Shown here: positions 1 to 12,406 of the stretch, piece by piece
Layout: each line of letters opens with the position of its first letter
Numbering within the stretch: the first letter of the stretch is position 1
Assembly (NCBI GenBank): GCA_965197585.1
Contig: OZ240215.1
Span: 3,104,001 to 3,168,000 of the forward strand
DNA: 64,000 bases
Reading direction: 5' to 3'
DNA from: Dehalococcoidia bacterium
GTDB lineage: Bacteria > Chloroflexota > Dehalococcoidia > Plut-88900
Program-made: the position numbers and the translations under genes
The notes under the pieces: model-generated
Databases searched by the model: none
What the model was told of the DNA's origin: nothing
Seen by the model: only the letters and a program-made list of their open reading frames with translations

Positions 1-147
1 TAGGGGTCACTTCAGCTAAATCTACGGAGTACGATTACACCACGTATACTCTCTTTCAATCGGACGTCAGACAATTTGTAGGTGGCGACTGGTAAAATTA
101 TGGACGATCAGCTTGATGACTTAAGCATAGAAAGACTGAGGTGAACT

Positions 148-384
148 ATGAGTCCAGAGGTAACCGCGCAGCGAATGTGTGAAGTGCTAAGACTTATAGA
201 CGAGGCATTGGGGTGCAGCCACTCGGTCGCAGAGCATGAGCGTAAGTGGTGTATGGATAGGAAGCTCGTGAAGGAGCTTGAGGGAGAGAATGGGCCTATA
301 CTCACATTGACGAATGATGGGATGCGGATGCTTGACCATTGGAGTCGCATCAACAGCGGTAAGAAGGATGATCAGGAGGAATAG
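148..384 (+). CDS. hypothetical small protein in a low-GC islet edge
   Basis: 78 aa ORF with GAGGTG RBS-like sequence upstream; no recognised family. Confidence 0.35.
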   Translation: MSPEVTAQRMCEVLRLIDEALGCSHSVAEHERKWCMDRKLVKELEGENGPILTLTNDGMRMLDHWSRINSGKKDDQEE

Positions 385-638
385 GTGACTTCACACTATG
401 ACAGTTAAGAAGGGCCCAGAATTTCAAAATCCCACTCTCAAAGAGAACCGATGAGAGAGATTAGCGAGGAGACATCCTTCACCCTGGAGTCGGCTTACGA
501 CTCCGTGAAGCCGTCACAAAGACCAGAGCCATTCGATGAGATCACTCGAACAGCCAAGGACGAAAAGGCTGAACGGACCGCACGTGAGCCAAGGGACCAT
601 GTCGATTCCTAGACGGGAATGTAAACTTACCTAAACGT

Positions 639-675
639 AAGGCCCCCGACCTCTGAGGTCGGGGGCCTTTTCCTT
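639..675. terminator. intrinsic terminator-like hairpin
   Basis: AAGGCCCCCGACCTC-T-GAGGTCGGGGGCCTT inverted repeat followed by a T-rich tract. Confidence 0.7.
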
Positions 676-678
676 TCT

Positions 679-725
679 TGGTAACGGGGGTTGATTCAAA
701 CCAGCCCCTTCGGGTTTAGAGACTC
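679..725 (-). repeat. degenerate copy of the tRNA-fMet 3' half (att-like scar)
   Basis: TGGTAACGGGGGTTGATTCAAACCAGCCCCTTCGGGTT aligns with TGGTAGCGGGGGTTGGATTCGAACCAACGACCTTCGGGTT at 1353-1392. Confidence 0.75.
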
Positions 726-807
726 ATATAACTGATTCTAATGGCTGATTTGTTGTGCAACTATCACTCATGGATTTGATGTTGATTTCAATTGACACGA
801 TGCCTTA

Positions 808-1227
808 TCAGAGGACATGAGATAGCCACACCCACAATGCTCCGCCCACTATCAGAGAAGTGGAGATTCCTACCGCTGCCACCTCTTGGTGGGTTGCACG
901 ACTACGAGGTAGTTTCTTGTGCCAAGAGCCATAAAGGTTGTAATGACCGGCGAATACAAAAGGATATGCAGCAAATACTAGTATCGCTGTCCCTAAGAGT
1001 CTGGCAACGGTATTGGTTGAAATGGAGCTCGCAAGGGGTACGATGAACACTCCCAAAACCAACAATAGGAAAGATATCCCTACGAAAGCATCAGATAACG
1101 TCAGCCAAGTTACATATTGTTTTTCCATAGAAATTTCGCGTTTGATCCTCCAGACAAAGGCGCTGACTTGAAACCCAGCCAACACAGCTGCAACAGTCCA
1201 TAGTTGCGGCAGTTCTATCAATTCCAT
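808..1227 (-). CDS. hypothetical 4-TM membrane protein
   Basis: 139 aa, four hydrophobic segments, AAGGAGAAG RBS, lower GC. Confidence 0.7.
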   Translation of the reverse strand: MELIELPQLWTVAAVLAGFQVSAFVWRIKREISMEKQYVTWLTLSDAFVGISFLLLVLGVFIVPLASSISTNTVARLLGTAILVFAAYPFVFAGHYNLYGSWHKKLPRSRATHQEVAAVGISTSLIVGGALWVWLSHVL

Positions 1228-1307
1228 TACTTCTCCTTAGGACACTACTCAGAGCATCAGCTTTCGCAATCCTATCGAACCAAATCGAAGATTGCAAACC
1301 GAGGTTC

Positions 1308-1346
1308 CAAAAAGGAAAGACCCCCGAGCAATCGGGGGCCTTTTTC
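1308..1346. terminator. terminator downstream of tRNA-fMet
   Basis: CCCCCGA-GCAA-TCGGGGG hairpin flanked by A-tract and T-tract. Confidence 0.7.
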
Positions 1347-1352
1347 TGTCTT

Positions 1353-1427
1353 TGGTAGCGGGGGTTGGATTCGAACCAACGACCTTCGGGTTATGAGCCC
1401 GACGAGCTGCCACTGCTCCACCCCGCG
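1353..1427 (-). tRNA. initiator tRNA-fMet (CAT)
   Basis: Reverse complement CGCGGGGTGGAGCAGTGGCAGCTCGTCGGGCTCATAACCCGAAGGTCGTTGGTTCGAATCCAACCCCCGCTACCA; unpaired C1, three G:C pairs in the anticodon stem, encoded CCA. Confidence 0.97.
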
Positions 1428-1501
1428 TCGTAAGCGGTGGGTATGAGCCCGAACCGCGGTGTTGAATAGAGAATTAGAACGTTCTGCACGTGTCATAATG
1501 C

Positions 1502-4636
<3,135 letters not shown>

Positions 4637-4824
4637 TACATTAAGACCCGGACAGAACGTTCTTCTCTATTCAGTTTTTAATGTGCTCCTCAGACAAACA
4701 AGCGGCCCGATGTTCCTCAAGCCGCTCTAGAGTACTCATCAAGTTGTTATTGATTGTCAGTACGTCAATTGGGTGTTGGCCGGACCTACCCGGCTATACC
4801 TGTTCCTTCCGAGGTGTAACGGAA

Positions 4825-4853
4825 AGTATATGTTCATGATTTGGCGGTGTCAA
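4825..4853 (-). promoter_or_regulatory. sigma70 promoter of the 23S-tRNA unit
   Basis: TTGACA-N17-TATACT on the minus strand; boxA-like GCACATTAAAAACTGAAT near 4668-4686. Confidence 0.8.
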
Positions 4854-5251
4854 GACTCCGGGATACACCCAGTACTGATAGAAGGGCGGCTCGGGTCCCG
4901 GGTGTGCAGGGTTTCAGGCTTAAAACTCGCTTAAATAACCCTTGTAAACGTGGTGTGGTGGGACTATCGTTGCTCGCGCTTAAGATGGTCATGAAGGTAA
5001 GCAGATGACAGAGACAGGAGCCCGAAAACGTTCTTGAACATAGGTGAGACTGGAAACGGGATCACCCTCACTCCCCTCGGCGAGTCCTCGGCTCTCCTCA
5101 GCGAGCCTATGGCTCTGGCCCTCTCGCGCCTCGACGCTTCTACGACCCATCGAGGGAGAGGGGTCAGAACGTCCTCCCAGCCCTCGGGGCCCGAGGAGCC
5201 TGAAGGTCTCATCGGCAGAGGCAATAGCGGACCGGAGAAAGGCTGACCGGA

Positions 5252-6646
5252 ATGCCGGTGGGAGAGCTGGCCGCTCTGCTGTCCGCCCTCATCTTTTCGA
5301 TGACGGCGGTGGTCGACAAGTTGATGACCCGGAGGTTCAGGCCCCTGCCCCTGTCCTCGCTTTCGGCCGCGGGTGGCGCTCTGTTCGCCCTGTTGCTGAT
5401 GTTCGTCACGGGGGAGGCGTCCAAGCTGCCCGACACCCCGGTGGCCTATCTGGCATTGGCCGTAGCCGGGTCCGTCCTGGGGCTGTGCATCGGGATGCCG
5501 CTTTACTTCCGGTTTCTGGCGTCGGTGGACGTGAGCAAAGTCACCCCTCTTACCAGCGGGTTGCAGACCCTTCTGGCAGTGCTGATTGGCTTCACTCTGC
5601 TGGGAGAAGACTCGTCTCTGATTGGGTTGGCCGGCATTGCGGCAATAGTGATAGGGATGTATTCCCTTACCTTCTCCCAGAGGCGTCAAGTGGAAGCCTC
5701 CCAGGCCCGATTCCTGGGGCCGAAGGGGATGCTCTTCATGCTATTTATAGTATCCACGTTTGTCGGGAGTACAGCCCTGCAGAAGATTGCCGTGGACGAG
5801 GTGGGTTCGGTGATAGCGAATGCCGTGAGGCTGGCCCCGGTGGTATTGTTGCTCTCAATGATGGCAACCTACAACATGGACTTTCTCCTTGGCAGCGACA
5901 CCCGGGTCCCGAGCAGGTCGCCCAAAAGCCTGGCGGCGCGTCGACGCAGAAGGGCACAGCAACGTCCTGCCCCTATGAGTCACCTGTTCCGTATGCCCCG
6001 GCTGCTCCACGTTCCCTACTGGGCCCGACGCCGGGCCCCGCGTCAGCCTGCAATGCGCCGAATTCCAGCCCGCATCAGGCCGCCCGTCTACTGGGATCAG
6101 CTGGATAAGCTAGGGGCGAACATCCGGGAGATTGGAGGCGCCTTCGAGCAGGTGGAGAGGCGCAGAGGGAGAGGGGGTCTGCGGTACAGGGTAGATCTGC
6201 CCGGGTCCTACGCTCCCGAGGCCACCCTGACCGCGATGCCCGAGGTCGCGGCGGCCCGCTGGACTGGACATTGGGCGGGGCTGCACCGTGTCGAGATTGC
6301 CCTGCACCCCCCCGACGAACAGGTGCGTGTTGGGTTGGGGCCGATGTTCGGAGGTGGGGGGCCCCTCATCGGTGCCGCGAGGGTTAGGGTTGTGAGACTC
6401 GGGGGGAGGAGCTACCTGCCGCTCCTGTTCCCGGTTATCAACGGTGCCCTATCGATGGGAGTTGCAAGTCTTCTGATGCTGGTAGCCCTTGACCGGGTTG
6501 GACTTGCGGTAACGTCGACATTGATGAGCACCCAGCTGCTATGGATCATTCTGCTGTCGTCGCTGTTGTTGAGGGAAAGGCTGGGCTGGAAGACCATAAT
6601 GGGTATAGCGGCGACCGCCGTTGGCGTAGTGCTGGTAGTGCTGTGA
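5252..6646 (+). CDS. EamA/DMT transporter with a ~175 aa Arg-rich soluble insertion
   Basis: 10-TM DMT pattern (GELAALLSA..., LLGE, LLRERLGW) interrupted between TM7 and TM8. Confidence 0.85.
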   Translation: MPVGELAALLSALIFSMTAVVDKLMTRRFRPLPLSSLSAAGGALFALLLMFVTGEASKLPDTPVAYLALAVAGSVLGLCIGMPLYFRFLASVDVSKVTPLTSGLQTLLAVLIGFTLLGEDSSLIGLAGIAAIVIGMYSLTFSQRRQVEASQARFLGPKGMLFMLFIVSTFVGSTALQKIAVDEVGSVIANAVRLAPVVLLLSMMATYNMDFLLGSDTRVPSRSPKSLAARRRRRAQQRPAPMSHLFRMPRLLHVPYWARRRAPRQPAMRRIPARIRPPVYWDQLDKLGANIREIGGAFEQVERRRGRGGLRYRVDLPGSYAPEATLTAMPEVAAARWTGHWAGLHRVEIALHPPDEQVRVGLGPMFGGGGPLIGAARVRVVRLGGRSYLPLLFPVINGALSMGVASLLMLVALDRVGLAVTSTLMSTQLLWIILLSSLLLRERLGWKTIMGIAATAVGVVLVVL

Positions 6647-6668
6647 GGGTCTCGGGAGGGGTTGGCGT

Positions 6669-7685
6669 TTGGGACTAGGTGAAATTATGGCTCTGCTGGC
6701 CGCGGCGACCGTTGCCTGCAGCAGTGTGCTGAACAAGTACCTAACCCGACGCATGCCTGTAGTGTCGCTGAACGCGACGCGAACCATGGGAGCAGCAACG
6801 TTCCTGGTCATCCTGTTCTTCGCCTCCGGTGCCCCTGCTGGCCTGCCCTCCGTCGACTACGGAGGATTGGGTCTCATAGTGGTGGGAGGGTTGGTGACCA
6901 CCCTTATCGGGGACACGCTGTTCCTCAAATTCCTGCGCACCGTGGACGTAGCGAAAACAAGCACGATGGCGCAGGCGGTGAATACTCTGCTAATGGTGGG
7001 GGCCGGCGCCCTGCTGCTGGACGAAGATGTTACTCTGCTGACCCTGTTGGGTACGGGGTTCGTAGTCGGCGGGATATACCTGCTGGGCCAGACAGGCTCG
7101 TCCCCGGTGGATCCGGCGAAGGACCTCCTGAAACCCCGTAAGTTTTTGACCCTCGTGTTCATCGTATCTCTATGGGTGTTGGGGGTAGGGCTTATGCGCG
7201 AAGGACTGAGGGACGTCGACGCGGTGACCGGAAACGCGGCGAGGATGGTTGTCATTGCTGCATTCCTGGTTACGGCACTCGGGATGCAGCAGGGGCAGAA
7301 ATTGACGGCGGAAGTGTCCGGGCACAGGCGGGAGCGGCGAATCGCCCAACCCAACGTCGCCTATCACCCCACCCCCGAGACCCATCACCCTCGCCCGGCA
7401 GGGTCCGGCGTGCATACACGGGGCCTGCGCCCCAGGGGCCCGAGGCTCAATCGAGTGAACGTGGGGTTGGGGATCCTTTCGGGGAGCCTGAGCCTTGGCC
7501 TCGGCACGACATTCATGTTCGTGGCACTCAAGGAGGCTGGAGCGGCGGTGACCATGGTGATCTTCAACGTCCAGCTGCTGATACTGGCACCTCTTTCGAT
7601 GATCGTGCTCCGGGAGAGGTTGAACTGGAGGGCGGGCCTGGGTATCGTCGTGACTATGGTTGGTATCATAATCGTGATACTGTGA
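6669..7685 (+). CDS. EamA/DMT transporter with a ~55 aa basic insertion
   Basis: DMT pattern (GEIMALLAA, LLLDE, VLRERLNW); paralog-like to the upstream gene. Confidence 0.85.
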   Translation: MGLGEIMALLAAATVACSSVLNKYLTRRMPVVSLNATRTMGAATFLVILFFASGAPAGLPSVDYGGLGLIVVGGLVTTLIGDTLFLKFLRTVDVAKTSTMAQAVNTLLMVGAGALLLDEDVTLLTLLGTGFVVGGIYLLGQTGSSPVDPAKDLLKPRKFLTLVFIVSLWVLGVGLMREGLRDVDAVTGNAARMVVIAAFLVTALGMQQGQKLTAEVSGHRRERRIAQPNVAYHPTPETHHPRPAGSGVHTRGLRPRGPRLNRVNVGLGILSGSLSLGLGTTFMFVALKEAGAAVTMVIFNVQLLILAPLSMIVLRERLNWRAGLGIVVTMVGIIIVIL

Positions 7686-7746
7686 AGAGGACGGAACACC
7701 TCTACCCCACCCTCCTCCCACCGAAGGGAGAGACACTTTCCAATCG

Positions 7747-8040
7747 ATGAAGACAGGCGTTTGTCTTATACGGCTCCGGCTGCCGGAAAACGGGTCCCTG
7801 AAGGGGAAGAGGCGGATTATCAAGTCTCTGATGGCGCGGGCGCAGAACAAGTTCAACATCTCCATAGCCGAGGTGGACGACCAGGAACGATGGCAGTCCG
7901 CTACAATCGGGTTCAGCTTCGTGGGCAACGACGCCGCATTCGTCAACGACGTCCTGTACCGGGTCCTGAGCTTCATCGAGGCTATAAGTCACGATGCCGA
8001 GGTGCTGGACTACCAGACGGAGCTGCTGGAGGTGTTCTAG
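7747..8040 (+). CDS. DUF503 (YlxP-like) protein
   Basis: SLKGKRRIIKSL...KFNISIAEV.DQERWQ motif. Confidence 0.9.
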   Translation: MKTGVCLIRLRLPENGSLKGKRRIIKSLMARAQNKFNISIAEVDDQERWQSATIGFSFVGNDAAFVNDVLYRVLSFIEAISHDAEVLDYQTELLEVF

Positions 8041-8057
8041 CCCTCCGGCCCCGGTGA

Positions 8058-10352
8058 TTGCAGTTGGACACCTCTGACGTACTATCAACAATCAAAAGGC
8101 ACCCCGACTACGATGGGCAGATAGTCCACGTAGAGGCTATTCTACACAGGGAAGGCTCCTATAGCGGGGCCAGGGTCAAGTTCAAGCCCGCGCTGGAGCG
8201 AGCACTTTCGGTGTTGAACTTGGGGACCCTCTTCTCCCACCAGGCCCGAGCCCTGGGCGCACTGTCCGAGGGCGCCAACGTCATGGTCGCTACACCCGCG
8301 GCCAGTGGCAAGAGCCTTATCTATAACGCCGCCGTTGTGAATCACATCCTGGAGGACCGGGCGACGGCCGCGCTGTATCTGTTCCCGACCAAGGCCCTGG
8401 CCCAGGACCAGTGGCGGGCGCTAAACGATCTGCTGCAGGCCGACCGTGGACTTGGCAAGATCACGGTCAGCACCTTCGACGGGGACACGCCCACCGAGGA
8501 ACGAGGGCGGATCAGGAGGTCGGCACAGATAGTGCTCACCAACCCGGACATGCTCCACTTCGGGATGCTGCCCAATCACAAGAACTGGAACCGGATGCTG
8601 AGTCGGCTCAAATATGTCATTCTCGACGAGGCGCACGTGTACAGGGGGGTGTTCGGGTCTCACGTGGCCAACATACTGCGGCGGCTGCGGAGGGTGTGTC
8701 GGCTGTACGGGTCTTCACCGCAATTCATATTGTGCTCGGCGACGATTGCGAACCCAAAAGAGCACGCCGAGGCGCTAGTCGGAAGGGATTTCGAGGTCGT
8801 CTCGGAAGACGGATCACCGAGCGGCAACAAGACGTTCACGTTCTGGAACCCGCCTATTATCGACGAAGCCCGCAGCGCACGCCGCAGCACTACTACCGAA
8901 GCCACCTTCCTGTTCACCCGTCTCGTAGCTCGGGGGATCAGGACCTTGGCCTTCGCCCGGACCAGGCGTGTAGCGGAGCTTATCTACATGTACGCCAAGG
9001 AGAATTTCGATAGGACATTGCCGGAGCTTGGGCAGCGGATAAGCCCCTACCGGGCGGGGTATCTCGCAGAGGACCGGCGGCGCATTGAGCGGGGCCTGAT
9101 AGACGGCGAGCTTCTCGGGGTCTGTACCACAAATGCCTTGGAGCTGGGCGTGGACATCGGGGATCTGGACGCCACGATCCTGACGGGATATCCGGGCACC
9201 ATCGCCAGCGCATGGCAGCAGGCGGGGCGGAGCGGGCGTCGAGGCGAAGGTTCGCTGACTGTGATGATCGGCCAGGCTAATCCGCTTGACCAGTATTTCA
9301 TGCGCAACCCATCAGACTTCTTCGACAAGGCGCACGAGCACGCGCTCGTGGCGCCGTCGAACCCGTACATACTGGAACCTCACCTTCTGTGTGCCGCCTA
9401 CGAATGGCCGTTGTCCCCGTCGGACGTGGAGCTTTTCGGGGAGGGGGTGAAGGAGAATATGCGTCGGCTGGAAAAAGAAGGATCGTTGAAGCAGGTCAAG
9501 GGGAGATTGCATTTAACGCCGGAGATAGACTATCCGACGGAAGCGGTGAACATTCGCTCCGCATCCAGGCGCAACTACCAGGTGGTGCTGGAGGGGTCGG
9601 GCCGGGTGATCGAGACGGTGGACGAAGGCACGGCGTTTTCTCAGGCTCATCCGGGTGCGGTTTACCTCCACCAGGGGGAATCGTTTCTGGTGACGGAGCT
9701 GGACATTGATGCCGCACTGGTCTTTGTCAGGCCGACCGACGTTGACTACTACACTCAGACCAACCACGTTACCGATCTCCGCATTGTGCAGGTGGAAGAG
9801 GAGAAACGATCTGCAGGGGTGGCTGTGTATCGGGGCTGGGTGGAGGTGTCCAACACCATATGGGGATACAAGAAAAAGAAGAGGATAACGGAAGAGTTCC
9901 TAGGCGAGGAGATCCTTGACCTACCGTCCCAGACCTATCACACGCAGGCCCTGTGGTTCGACATCCCGATATGGGCCCAAGACCGGATAATGAGAGACCA
10001 CGTCGACTTCCCAGGGGGGCTGCACGCAGCGGAGCACGCCGCTATCGGACTGCTGCCCATGTTTGCCATGTGTGACCGCGCGGACATCGGCGGCCTATCG
10101 ACACCCATGCACATGGACACGGGTAAGCCGCAGATATTCATCTACGACGGGCATCCGGGCGGGGTGGGGATAACTGAGAAGGGGTTCGAGCTAATACGTG
10201 AGCTCTGGAGGACCACCCTCGATGCCCTGGAAGGGTGCCCGTGCAAATACGGGTGCCCGAGTTGCATACAATCGCCGAAGTGCGGCAACAACAACGAGCC
10301 CCTGGACAAGACCGCGGCTCGGTACATTCTAGAGGCTCTGCTGGCAGAATGA
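8058..10352 (+). CDS. DEAH-box helicase with C-terminal DUF1998 Zn domain (MrfA/SftH/Hrq1 family)
   Basis: ASGKS, PTKALAQDQ, DEAH, SAT, QQAGRSGRR and CPCKYGCPSC motifs. Confidence 0.92.
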   Translation: MQLDTSDVLSTIKRHPDYDGQIVHVEAILHREGSYSGARVKFKPALERALSVLNLGTLFSHQARALGALSEGANVMVATPAASGKSLIYNAAVVNHILEDRATAALYLFPTKALAQDQWRALNDLLQADRGLGKITVSTFDGDTPTEERGRIRRSAQIVLTNPDMLHFGMLPNHKNWNRMLSRLKYVILDEAHVYRGVFGSHVANILRRLRRVCRLYGSSPQFILCSATIANPKEHAEALVGRDFEVVSEDGSPSGNKTFTFWNPPIIDEARSARRSTTTEATFLFTRLVARGIRTLAFARTRRVAELIYMYAKENFDRTLPELGQRISPYRAGYLAEDRRRIERGLIDGELLGVCTTNALELGVDIGDLDATILTGYPGTIASAWQQAGRSGRRGEGSLTVMIGQANPLDQYFMRNPSDFFDKAHEHALVAPSNPYILEPHLLCAAYEWPLSPSDVELFGEGVKENMRRLEKEGSLKQVKGRLHLTPEIDYPTEAVNIRSASRRNYQVVLEGSGRVIETVDEGTAFSQAHPGAVYLHQGESFLVTELDIDAALVFVRPTDVDYYTQTNHVTDLRIVQVEEEKRSAGVAVYRGWVEVSNTIWGYKKKKRITEEFLGEEILDLPSQTYHTQALWFDIPIWAQDRIMRDHVDFPGGLHAAEHAAIGLLPMFAMCDRADIGGLSTPMHMDTGKPQIFIYDGHPGGVGITEKGFELIRELWRTTLDALEGCPCKYGCPSCIQSPKCGNNNEPLDKTAARYILEALLAE

Positions 10353-10355
10353 GAC

Positions 10356-11120
10356 ATGAGGGTTAGAGTCCTGGGAGCGCACCAGCTGGAGACCCGGGAC
10401 ACGAGGCTCACGTCGTTCCTAATAGACGGTGTCCTGGCCGTAGACGCGGGTAGTCTTACATCTGGTTTGACCTTGGAGGAACAGGAGTCGGTGGAGGCGA
10501 TTCTGATTACCCACCATCACTTCGATCACTGTCGTGACCTGCTCACCTTCGGCCTGAACACCCGTGGGTCGACTACGGACGTGTACGCTTGTCCCGAGGT
10601 GCTGGATAGCCTTTCAACCAACCTCGTGAACGGCTCCATTTACCCCGACCACACCCGCACCCCCGCCAACGCCCCTTCCTTCCGCTTTAACCCCATTGAA
10701 CCGGGACTTGAGAATGCCGTGGGAGACTATTCTGTTTTGCCGTTCCGAGTCCCCCACGGCCCCCCGACGTACGGGTTTCAGGTGACGAGCCCTGACGCCC
10801 GGCGATTCTTCTACAGCGGGGACACGGGCCCCGGCTTCTCGGAAGAGTGGGATGCGGTCTCGCCTGACGTATGTTTCATTGAGACGTCGTACCCGGACCG
10901 GATGGAAGCTGAGGCCCGGGCTCGGAACCATTTAACCCCTGGGCTCCTGGCCGGCGAGCTTAGGAAAATCGAGGAAAGCAACGGCGGACTCCCGACAGTG
11001 TGGGCGGTCCACTTGAACCCCCGGTATGAGACGGAGATCAGAGAGGACCTCGTGACAGCATCTCAAGGGTTGGGCATTAAGATAGAGGCGGCGTACGAAG
11101 ACTTGGAGCTGGAGGTCTAA
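10356..11120 (+). CDS. MBL-fold metallohydrolase (class II cyclic-nucleotide phosphodiesterase-like)
   Basis: VDAG, THHHFDH, SGDTG, HLTP and VHL motifs. Confidence 0.8.
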   Translation: MRVRVLGAHQLETRDTRLTSFLIDGVLAVDAGSLTSGLTLEEQESVEAILITHHHFDHCRDLLTFGLNTRGSTTDVYACPEVLDSLSTNLVNGSIYPDHTRTPANAPSFRFNPIEPGLENAVGDYSVLPFRVPHGPPTYGFQVTSPDARRFFYSGDTGPGFSEEWDAVSPDVCFIETSYPDRMEAEARARNHLTPGLLAGELRKIEESNGGLPTVWAVHLNPRYETEIREDLVTASQGLGIKIEAAYEDLELEV

Positions 11121-12257
11121 ATGACTGAAAGGCGCGGAGCTTTCATTTATCGGGACTCCATGTCGCGGCACGTGCTGCGGGAGGACCACGTCTTCAAACC
11201 GGTCCGCCTGCGCTATACCTACGAGCTCCTGGAGGAGTGCGGGGCCTTCCAGGTGGAGAACGGTAGACTCGTCGACCCGCGTCACGCCAGTGAGGATGAG
11301 GTGCAGACGTTTCATACCCCCGACTACGTGGCCACGGTCAAGGCCTTCGGGGACGGCCGAATGCTGGTCGACCCGGGCCGCTACAACTTCAGCCAGTACG
11401 GGGACAACCCGACCTATCCGGGAATGTTCGATGCCGGTACGTTGGTGGTCGGGGGCTCCCTGTTGGCGGCCGACATGATTCTGGATGGAGAGGTGGACGC
11501 CGCCTTCAACCCCGGAGGAGGGCTGCACCACGCGGCTGCGGGAAACACATCCGGGTTCTGCGTGTTCAACGACGCTGTTGTCGCCATCAAGCGTATGGTT
11601 GATCAGGGCATGAAAGTGGCCTACGTGGACATCGACGTTCACCACGGGGACGGAGTGCAGACTGCCTTCTACGACACCGACGCTGTGCTGACCATCTCGG
11701 TCCACGAGTCTGGGAGGTTCATATTTCCCGGCACCGGGTACCCCAACGAGACAGGAACCGGGGCCGGGACCGGCTACGCCGTGAACCTGCCCCTCGCCCC
11801 CTACACCGACGATGAAATCTATCTGGACGCCTTCGGGCAGATAGTCCCGCCCCTGGTACGCGCCTTCGATCCGGATGTGCTTGTAACCCAGCTGGGAATC
11901 GACACCTACCACTCGGACATACTGGGACACCTGCTGATCAGCACGCAGGGTTTCACCAAGGCAGTGGAGACTCTGGCCGGTCTCGCCGGACAGCCGGGGC
12001 GGTGGTTGGCCCTCGGGGGAGGGGGGTATGATGTGGAGGCCGTGGCCCGGTGCTGGGCACTAGCCTACGGGGTCATGCTGGGCCGGGAATGGCCGGAGCA
12101 AACACCGGATTCTTACAGAGAGAGATCAGGAATTGAGACACTGAGAGATGCGTCGGGGCCCAGGTTGGAAGAAGGGGACAGGGAGAAGATACGGGAGTTC
12201 GTCCGCCGCAGTGTGGAGGAGGTCAAAAAAGAGGTGTTCGGGTATCATCGGGTCTAA
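11121..12257 (+). CDS. acuC: AcuC-like / class I histone deacetylase family protein
   Basis: GGGLHHA, SGFCVFND, DIDVHHGDG and GGGGY motifs. Confidence 0.88.
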   Translation: MTERRGAFIYRDSMSRHVLREDHVFKPVRLRYTYELLEECGAFQVENGRLVDPRHASEDEVQTFHTPDYVATVKAFGDGRMLVDPGRYNFSQYGDNPTYPGMFDAGTLVVGGSLLAADMILDGEVDAAFNPGGGLHHAAAGNTSGFCVFNDAVVAIKRMVDQGMKVAYVDIDVHHGDGVQTAFYDTDAVLTISVHESGRFIFPGTGYPNETGTGAGTGYAVNLPLAPYTDDEIYLDAFGQIVPPLVRAFDPDVLVTQLGIDTYHSDILGHLLISTQGFTKAVETLAGLAGQPGRWLALGGGGYDVEAVARCWALAYGVMLGREWPEQTPDSYRERSGIETLRDASGPRLEEGDREKIREFVRRSVEEVKKEVFGYHRV

Positions 12258-12406
12258 AATTCAGAGCAACATCCTGCCTGCGCATATCTATTCCGGGAGG
12301 CGGATGGGAGGTCTGTACCGTGAGGGTGAAAGTGTTTCGCATCTCTACAGAGTAGTTATACAAAGGTCACATCTGGCCAGAGGGAACTTTTGAAGGAACG
12401 GAATAT

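Noticed and set aside
1428-1501. Expected 5S rRNA
   Set aside because: The spacer is only 74 nt and has no 5S motifs; it contains the processing stem instead.
5034-5246. 70 aa ORF or riboswitch ahead of the EamA pair
   Set aside because: Some pairing potential, but no recognisable riboswitch consensus or protein motif.
8058-10352. DISARM/Druantia defence helicase
   Set aside because: It is a single fused helicase-DUF1998 protein with host-like GC and no drm partners, which fits the MrfA/SftH repair family.
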